From positions 11,492 through 75,491 of the forward strand of contig CAZYVI010000016.1 in assembly GCA_964651245.1 (NCBI GenBank): DNA of 64,000 nt, in the 5' to 3' direction. Shown piece by piece: positions 58,129 to 64,000 of this stretch (within the stretch, counting starts at the first letter, position 1; every line of letters starts with the position of its first letter). The stretch comes from an uncultured Anaerolineales bacterium. Lineage in GTDB: Bacteria; Chloroflexota; Anaerolineae; Epilineales; Epilineaceae. Below the pieces are notes generated by a model. The model made no database searches and was not told where the DNA came from. It saw nothing but the letters and a program-made list of their open reading frames with translations. The position numbers were made by a program, and so were the translations under genes.

Positions 58129-59948
58129 CCGCCGCGGCCGCCCGCCGGCCGCGGCGCCGGCGCAGCGCGTTCGGCTACCTGGTCCGGTCGCGGTGGACGA
58201 TCGCCTGGAACACCGTCGCCCGCGGCTCGCGCTGGCGGCGCGTCACGTATGCCGTCGTGGCCGGCGCGCTGGGCGTGATCTGCCTGGCCGTGTTCGGCAC
58301 GGGGTGGGCGGCGACCGCGTTCCTGCGCAGCTTCACCTTCCGCGACTTCACGCTCGAGCAGCAAGCGGCCGGGCTCGACGCGCGGCCGGCCACCGACGTG
58401 ATCCTGGCGTCGTCGCTGTCGGGGGCGATGCTGCTGTCGGCGATGGTCGGCTTCACGGTGGCCTTGGCCGCCCTCTACCTGGCGCGCGACCTCGACATGC
58501 TGCTCGTGTCGCCGGTGCCGCGACGGGCCGTGTTCGCCAGCAAGCTGCTGGGCGGCCTGCTGCCCGGCTACGGCCTCGTGGCCACGCTGACCGTGCTGCC
58601 GCTCGTCGGGCACGGCATCGCCAACGACTACGGCGTGTCGTACGCCCTGGCGCTGGCGCTGGCGATCGTGCTGCTGCCGATCCTCCCCACGGCGCTCGGC
58701 GCCGTCGCCGTGGTGCTCATCGTGCGCCGCGTGCCGGCCCATCGGCTCGGCGAGATCGTCGGCTTGCTCGTCGTGGCCATGACGATGACGATCGTGCTGC
58801 TGCTGGGCAGCGCGAACCGGCTGCAGGAGGCGCTGAGCTTCCAGGAGGTCCTGGCGTACCTCGGCCGAGTCCGCCACCCGTACTCGCCCGCCGAGTGGCT
58901 GACCCGCTTCGTCGCTGCCGCCGCGCGGCACGAATGGCCGGTGGCGCTGCGCTGGCTGGCGGTCAACCTCGTCGTGGCGGCGGCAGCGTTCGCGCCGCTC
59001 TACGCCGTTTCGGATCGCCTCTACCAGGAGGGCTGGATCCGGATGCAGTCGGCCAACCTGCAGCGCACCGTGCGCCGCGGCTGGCTGTGGTGGCAGCGTC
59101 CGGAGCGGGCCGCCGACCTCGGCCGGCCGTCCGGCTGGCTGGCCTGGCTGCCGGCGCCGATGGTCGCGGTGATCCGCAAGGACGCCCGCCTGTTGCCGCG
59201 CGACCTGACGAACTCGGCCCAGGTGCTGTCGCCGCTGGCGTTCGGCGTGTTCTTCATCATCCAGCAGCTGCTCTACCCGCTGCGCATCGGCGGCGGCGAG
59301 AGCGGCACCGCCTACACCCAGCCGGTGCTGACGATGTTCGCGTCGTTCGTGGCCACCGGCGTGGCGTCGATGGTCTTCGCGCGCTTGGCGCTCACCGGGA
59401 TCTCGATCGAGGGCAAGCACTTCTGGCTGCTCAAGAGCGCGCCGATCCACCCGCGCCAGCTCGTCGCAGCGAAGTTCCTCGTCGCGCTGCTGCCGTACGC
59501 CGCCCTGTCCGGCGCCCTGATCGCGCTGTTCGAGGCGGCGCGGCTCATCAGAACGGCGGTGGACCTCGGCCTCGGGTTCGGCGCAACGGCGGCGCTGGTG
59601 CACCTGCCGTCGCTCGCCTACGCCTGGGCGGTGTCGATCGTCGTCGGGGCGGGCGTGTGCGCGGTGAGCCTGGCGGTCGGCGCGGCCCGGCCGAACCTGA
59701 AGTGGGACAGCCCGCACGAGATGATGACGCCCGACGTCGGCTGCCTGTCGATCGTGTTCTACGGCGTCTATGCCGCCGTCACGCTGCCGGCGCTGGCGCT
59801 GCCGGCGGCGATCGGCCGCTTCCCGATGCTCGACCACGTCTGGGCGTACTGGCTGGCCGGTCTGACGATCGGACTGGGGACGACGGCGGTCGTCGTCGCC
59901 GGCAGCCTATGGCTCGCGGCGCGGGAAGTGCCCCACATCCACGCCTGA
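58125..59948 (+). CDS. Large (about 600 aa) polytopic ABC exporter permease ('putative ABC exporter' family-like)
   Basis: GTG overlap-coupled to the ATPase gene. At least 12 TM helices. There is no soluble domain. Confidence 0.65.
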   Translation: MTAAAARRPRRRRSAFGYLVRSRWTIAWNTVARGSRWRRVTYAVVAGALGVICLAVFGTGWAATAFLRSFTFRDFTLEQQAAGLDARPATDVILASSLSGAMLLSAMVGFTVALAALYLARDLDMLLVSPVPRRAVFASKLLGGLLPGYGLVATLTVLPLVGHGIANDYGVSYALALALAIVLLPILPTALGAVAVVLIVRRVPAHRLGEIVGLLVVAMTMTIVLLLGSANRLQEALSFQEVLAYLGRVRHPYSPAEWLTRFVAAAARHEWPVALRWLAVNLVVAAAAFAPLYAVSDRLYQEGWIRMQSANLQRTVRRGWLWWQRPERAADLGRPSGWLAWLPAPMVAVIRKDARLLPRDLTNSAQVLSPLAFGVFFIIQQLLYPLRIGGGESGTAYTQPVLTMFASFVATGVASMVFARLALTGISIEGKHFWLLKSAPIHPRQLVAAKFLVALLPYAALSGALIALFEAARLIRTAVDLGLGFGATAALVHLPSLAYAWAVSIVVGAGVCAVSLAVGAARPNLKWDSPHEMMTPDVGCLSIVFYGVYAAVTLPALALPAAIGRFPMLDHVWAYWLAGLTIGLGTTAVVVAGSLWLAAREVPHIHA

Positions 59949-59974
59949 GCCCCGCGTCGCGCGGTTACGGCCGC

Positions 59975-60062
59975 CTGAGACGGCCTGACAAGACCACACG
60001 GCCACGGAACTCGACATGGCCGAGGCACGTCGTCGCGCCGGTTTGTTAGGGACGCTTAGTCG
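59975..60062. repeat. Copy 2 of the approximately 90-nt intergenic repeat (partner at 38233-38322)
   Basis: 'tgagacggcctgacaagaccacacggccacggaactcgacatggccgaggcacgtcgtcgcgccggtttgttagggacgcttagtcg'. It again lies between convergent genes. It overlaps the last few codons of the minus-strand permease gene. Confidence 0.5.
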
Positions 60063-61069
60063 CCCTGGCTGTAGCGCGGGTCGAGGATGTCGCGCACCGT
60101 GTCGCCGATCAGGTTCCAAGCCAGCGAGAACAGCGCCAGCGCCGCGCCGGGGTAGACGACGATGTACCAGTCGCGGTGGATCGTCGAGATCACGTCGCGG
60201 GCCGTGGCGATCATCTGGCCCCAGTCGGCGTAGCCCTTGGGCACGCCCAGCCCGAAGAAGGCGAGGGCGGCAAACGACTGGACGACCGTGCCGATGTCCA
60301 GCGACGCTACGACGAGCACCGGGAAGATGCTGTTGGGCAGGACGTGCTGGACGATGATCCGCAGGTCGCCGGCGCCCACGGCGCGCGACGCCATCACGAA
60401 GTCGCGTTCCTTGATCGACAGGATGTCGGCGCGGATCAGCCGGGCGTAGCCCATCCAGCCGAACGCCACCAGCGGGATGATCGCCGGCGCGATCGAGTTG
60501 GCGCCGAACATCGCCTCGAGCCAGGCGCCGCCGCCACCGCGCAGGATCGTCGCCAGCGTGAGGGCGGCCAGAAGGTACGGGAACGCCTGGAACACCTCGA
60601 CGATGCGCATCAGCACCTCGTCGATCCAGCCCCCGTAGTAGCCGGCCACCGAGCCGACCGTCAGGCCAATGAGCAGCGCCAGGGCGATGATCGTCACGCC
60701 GGCCTTGAAGGCGGTGCGGGTGCCCCAGATGACGCCGTAATAGATGTCGTTGCGCTGCGGCGTGATGCCGAACGGGTGCTCGGCGCTCGGTGGCGACGGC
60801 TGCGTCGTGAAGCCGTAGCGCGGCACCTTGTAGACGTGCTGCTGGCAGGTGATCTTCTGATCGGCCGGGCACGGGGCCAGCACCGGCGCCGCCAGGGCCA
60901 CGACGCCGAAGCCGACGAGCAGCGCCGTCCCCAGGATCGACGACGGGGCGCCGAGCAGGCGGCGAGTGACGTAGCGCACCGAGCGCCGGTTCGGCGCCGG
61001 GCGTGCCGTCGGCGCCGCGTCGAGCGTGGCGGCGGCGGGGCGGGCGGAGGCGTCGGGCGCGTCGGGCAC
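60056..61069 (-). CDS. ABC transporter permease, OppC/DppC family
   Basis: An N-terminal extension, then six TM helices, with an EAA-like loop 'SRAVGAGDLRIIVQHVLPNS'. Confidence 0.8.
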   Translation of the reverse strand: MPDAPDASARPAAATLDAAPTARPAPNRRSVRYVTRRLLGAPSSILGTALLVGFGVVALAAPVLAPCPADQKITCQQHVYKVPRYGFTTQPSPPSAEHPFGITPQRNDIYYGVIWGTRTAFKAGVTIIALALLIGLTVGSVAGYYGGWIDEVLMRIVEVFQAFPYLLAALTLATILRGGGGAWLEAMFGANSIAPAIIPLVAFGWMGYARLIRADILSIKERDFVMASRAVGAGDLRIIVQHVLPNSIFPVLVVASLDIGTVVQSFAALAFFGLGVPKGYADWGQMIATARDVISTIHRDWYIVVYPGAALALFSLAWNLIGDTVRDILDPRYSQGD

Positions 61070-61111
61070 GGCGGTGTTCCTCGTGTGGCGGAGGGCGGGC
61101 GGCGCTCGCCC

Positions 61112-62152
61112 TCAGCCCAGGCGGATGCGCGGGTCGATGACCGCGTACAAGATGTCGACGATCAGGTTGCCGATGACCAGGATCACGCCCTGGAACAGCA
61201 CGAAGCCCAGCACCGTGACCGCGTCGAGGTTGGCGGCGGCGTCGGCGAAGCGCTTGCCGATGCCCGGGTAGTTGTAGACCGTCTCGGTGATCGCCGCGCC
61301 GTTCATCAGCGCCACCATCGTCAGGCCGCCGACCGTGACCACCGGCAAGAGGGCGTTCGGCCGGGCGTGCTTGCGCACGACGTCGTGCCAGCTCAGCCCT
61401 TTCGCCTGCGCCATCCGGACGTAGTCTTGCCGCAGTGTGTCGAGCATGCTCGAGCGGGTCACCCGTAGCAGCACGGCACAGTTCAGCGCCGACAGCGACG
61501 TGACGGGCAGCAGCAGGTGGCGCAGCGCGTCGACGAACACGGCCAGGTTGCCGCGCAGCAGCGCGTCGAGGGTGTAGATGCCCGTCACGGGCGCCCAGCC
61601 GGACCGCCACGCGGCGCTGTCGACCAGGGCCTGGTTCAGCTGCGACAGCCGGTCGCCCGGCGGCAGCCAGCGGAGTCGGGCGGCGAACAGCATGAGCAGC
61701 AGCAGGGCGAAGACGAAGATCGGCAGGCTCGTCAAGATGATGGAGATGATGCGCAGCACGACGTCGGGGAGTCGATTGTGGTTGAGCGCCGCCATCATCC
61801 CGAGCCAGATGCCCAGCGCGATGAGCGGCACCGTCGACCACAGCGCGAGCTCGACGGTGGCGGGGAACAGCCGGAGGAACATCTCGGCCACCGGCTCCTT
61901 GCCGGTCTTCGAGAAGCCCAGGTCGCCGCGGACGACGTTGCCCAGCCAGCGCACGTACTGCTGGGGGATCGGGTCGTTCAGGCCGTACTCGCGGATGATG
62001 CGGTCGATCGTCTGCGGCGACGCCTGCTCACGGGTGTAGAGCGCCGCGCGCTGCCCCGGCGAGAGCTGCGACAGCATCACGAAGATCAGGATCGTGACGC
62101 CGAACAAGATCAGCGGCAGGATCATCAATCGGCGAAGGATGTAGTTCGTCAT
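61112..62152 (-). CDS. ABC transporter permease, OppB/DppB family
   Basis: 'MTNYILRRLMILPLILFGVTILIFV...' with an EAA loop 'MAQAKGLSWHDVVRKHARPNALLPVV'. Confidence 0.8.
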   Translation of the reverse strand: MTNYILRRLMILPLILFGVTILIFVMLSQLSPGQRAALYTREQASPQTIDRIIREYGLNDPIPQQYVRWLGNVVRGDLGFSKTGKEPVAEMFLRLFPATVELALWSTVPLIALGIWLGMMAALNHNRLPDVVLRIISIILTSLPIFVFALLLLMLFAARLRWLPPGDRLSQLNQALVDSAAWRSGWAPVTGIYTLDALLRGNLAVFVDALRHLLLPVTSLSALNCAVLLRVTRSSMLDTLRQDYVRMAQAKGLSWHDVVRKHARPNALLPVVTVGGLTMVALMNGAAITETVYNYPGIGKRFADAAANLDAVTVLGFVLFQGVILVIGNLIVDILYAVIDPRIRLG

Positions 62153-62273
62153 CGTCCCTCACCGGGCGCGGCGGTCCGAGGTGAAGCGGCCGAAGGAGCG
62201 CCGGCCGCGCCCGCCCCGGTGCAGGGCGGGTGCGGCCGGCGCGAAGGTCCCACGCGAAGCGGACCAGGATCGA

Positions 62274-64000
62274 CTACGGCTGCTTCGACAGCCCGTAGTA
62301 GTACTCCTCCGGGATCAGCGGGTTGGCGAACCAGCCCTTGAGCTCCTTGCGCTGGTAGTGCCGCCCGGTGGCCTGGTAGAGGAAGATGTCGATCGCGTTG
62401 TCGTAGGCCTGCTGCTGGAGCTGGGCGTAGATCGCGGCGCGGGCCGTCGGATCCGCCTCGGCCAGCCCGTCGGCGATGAGGGCGTCGAACGTGGCCTGCA
62501 TGTCGGCCGGGAACGTCTGGGCGCGGCTGTAGGCGCCGGCGCTGTGCATGAACGGGTGGACCCAGTTCGACGCGTCCATGTAGTCGGCCGACCAGCCCGA
62601 GATCGAGATCGGCAGCTGCTGCAGCCGGCGGGCCTCGAGGAACGACGCCCACTCCAGCGACTGGACCTCGATGACGTACTTGTCGCTGACGGTGGCGATG
62701 TTGGCCGCCAGGATCTCGGCCGCGGTGCGGCGGGCCTCGTTGCCCTCGTTGTAGGCCAGCGTCATCTTGAAGCCCTTCTCGGCCACCTGACCGCCCCACG
62801 CCTTGCCGAGGTGCTCGCCGCACTTCTCGAGGTCAAAGGCGTACGCGGTCGAGTTGGCGTCGTAGCCGGCCAGGCCCGAGATGATCGGGCCACGCGCCTG
62901 CACCGCCTCACCCTGCAGACCGTCGCGGATCATCGTGTCCCAGTCGAAGCAGTAGTTGAACCCCTTGCGGACGTCGACGTCGCTGAAGAAGTCGGTCGGG
63001 ATGCCGTCGCCGAGCTGGCCGGAGCCGATGAAGGCGCTGGCGTCGTCGATGTCGAACGTGAACATCGCCGCCGTCATCTGGGCCAGCGGGTACCCGACGT
63101 AGGCCTGCAGGATGCCGTCGGCCGCGCCGGCGGTGCTCGGCGCCGAGGCATCACCGCCCTGGTATGTGACGGCTACCATCGGCTCGACCGTCGTCACCTG
63201 GTCGCGCGGCACCTCGACGATGTCGGCCTCGCCGGCCTGGAGCTTGGCGAGGCGGGTCGACCACTCGTCGACCTTCTGGAACACGACGCGCTTGATCGCC
63301 GGCGGGCCCGACGGGCCGTCGGCCCACAGCGGCTCGGTGCGCCAGTACGCCTCGTTGGCGGTGAGGACGATCTCCTGGCCCTTCTTCCAGCTCTCGAGCT
63401 TGTAGGGGCCCGTGCCGTTCGCGCGGTCGAAGAGGATCGTCTCCTGGGCCTCCGGTCCGTTCCACTTCGTCCAGGTGGCCTCGCCGGCGTCGTTGGCGCA
63501 GTTGCCGTCCCAGTCACCCTGCTCGATCATCCACTCCATGTCGAGGGCAGCGCCCCAGGGCTGGGCCAGGAGCTGCAGGAACCACGGCGTGGCCGCCTTG
63601 AGCCGGATCGTCACCGTCTTGGCGGCGTCGTCGGCCGTCACGGCCGCCTTGACCTCCTCGCACAGGCCGACCAAGACGTCCGCCGGCACGTCGGCCAGCG
63701 TCGCGTCCTCGGCGGTGATCCCGCCGCGCTCGAGGGCCAGCGCCTGCACTGAGCTGGTGCCCAGGATCGGCTCGAGGAACAGCGCCTGGGGTCCGTCGAC
63801 GCGGTCCTGGAGCATCGCCCGCTGCAGGCTGTAGGCGATGTCGTGCGGCTCGAGCGTGCCGCCCTCGTGGAATGTGACGCCGTCGCGCACCGTGAACGTG
63901 TAGCTCAGCCGGTCGTCGGCCTCGGTCCACTCCGTGGCCAGGTTGGGGACGAACGCGTCGTACTTCTCGCGGTCGAAGAAGACCAGGCCGTCGTAGAGCA
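62274..64000 (-). CDS. ABC transporter substrate-binding protein, family 5 (OppA/DppA-like). The N-terminus lies beyond the window
   Basis: 538 aa are visible with no signal peptide, so the gene probably continues past position 64000. 'RVVFQKVDEWSTRLAKLQAGEADIV' is typical of SBP_bac_5. Confidence 0.8.
   Translation of the reverse strand, partial: LYDGLVFFDREKYDAFVPNLATEWTEADDRLSYTFTVRDGVTFHEGGTLEPHDIAYSLQRAMLQDRVDGPQALFLEPILGTSSVQALALERGGITAEDATLADVPADVLVGLCEEVKAAVTADDAAKTVTIRLKAATPWFLQLLAQPWGAALDMEWMIEQGDWDGNCANDAGEATWTKWNGPEAQETILFDRANGTGPYKLESWKKGQEIVLTANEAYWRTEPLWADGPSGPPAIKRVVFQKVDEWSTRLAKLQAGEADIVEVPRDQVTTVEPMVAVTYQGGDASAPSTAGAADGILQAYVGYPLAQMTAAMFTFDIDDASAFIGSGQLGDGIPTDFFSDVDVRKGFNYCFDWDTMIRDGLQGEAVQARGPIISGLAGYDANSTAYAFDLEKCGEHLGKAWGGQVAEKGFKMTLAYNEGNEARRTAAEILAANIATVSDKYVIEVQSLEWASFLEARRLQQLPISISGWSADYMDASNWVHPFMHSAGAYSRAQTFPADMQATFDALIADGLAEADPTARAAIYAQLQQQAYDNAIDIFLYQATGRHYQRKELKGWFANPLIPEEYYYGLSKQP

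Overview
This is a high-GC (roughly 73-76 %) bacterial chromosomal segment. The six-frame ORF track is dominated by long spurious antisense and out-of-frame ORFs, so genes were chosen by domain content, signal peptides, Shine-Dalgarno sites (GGAGG-type) and start/stop coupling.

Housekeeping genes are lepA, sucC-sucD, a CCA-adding enzyme, pdxS-pdxT, secD and secF, a cluster tRNA-Pro/tRNA-Gly/tRNA-Met on the minus strand, and an Opp/Dpp-type ABC importer at the right edge.

The accessory content falls into three blocks:
- Six paralogous secreted proteins with tandem von Willebrand A (vWA) domains, several of them also carrying NHL beta-propellers. Five form one cluster at 4154-17670 (four in tandem on the minus strand plus one divergent). 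The sixth (22920-24770) is start/stop-coupled to a di-haem cytochrome c lipoprotein. One of the five (13745-15676) has clearly lower GC and a Lys/Asn-rich composition, suggesting separate acquisition.
- Four very large GT-C-type (PMT/ArnT-like, 'DUF2298'-like) membrane glycosyltransferases (25929-42685). Three of them lie in an overlap-coupled operon with a methyltransferase, and one carries a C-terminal NHL propeller. A fifth candidate at 1035-3863 is a glycoside-hydrolase-like domain fused to a Wzy_C (PglL/WaaL-like) domain. Together with the Pro/Thr-rich linkers in every vWA protein, this suggests an uncharacterised protein O-glycosylation system and its substrates.
- secD and secF are separated by an inserted CBS-domain protein plus a complete ABC transporter (ATPase and two permeases), all start/stop overlapped. 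A second ABC exporter follows secF.

Non-coding observations:
- An approximately 90-nt repeat with internal inverted repeats occurs at two convergent gene junctions, 21.7 kb apart.
- Two near-identical GC-only palindromes are present.
- A nested hairpin sits in a divergent intergenic region.
- A recurring '-10'-like motif, cTAtAcT-CGCC, lies upstream of at least six transcription units; its TATAAT form is listed as a promoter feature for tRNA-Pro and secD.

No CRISPR array, integrase or transposase was seen.
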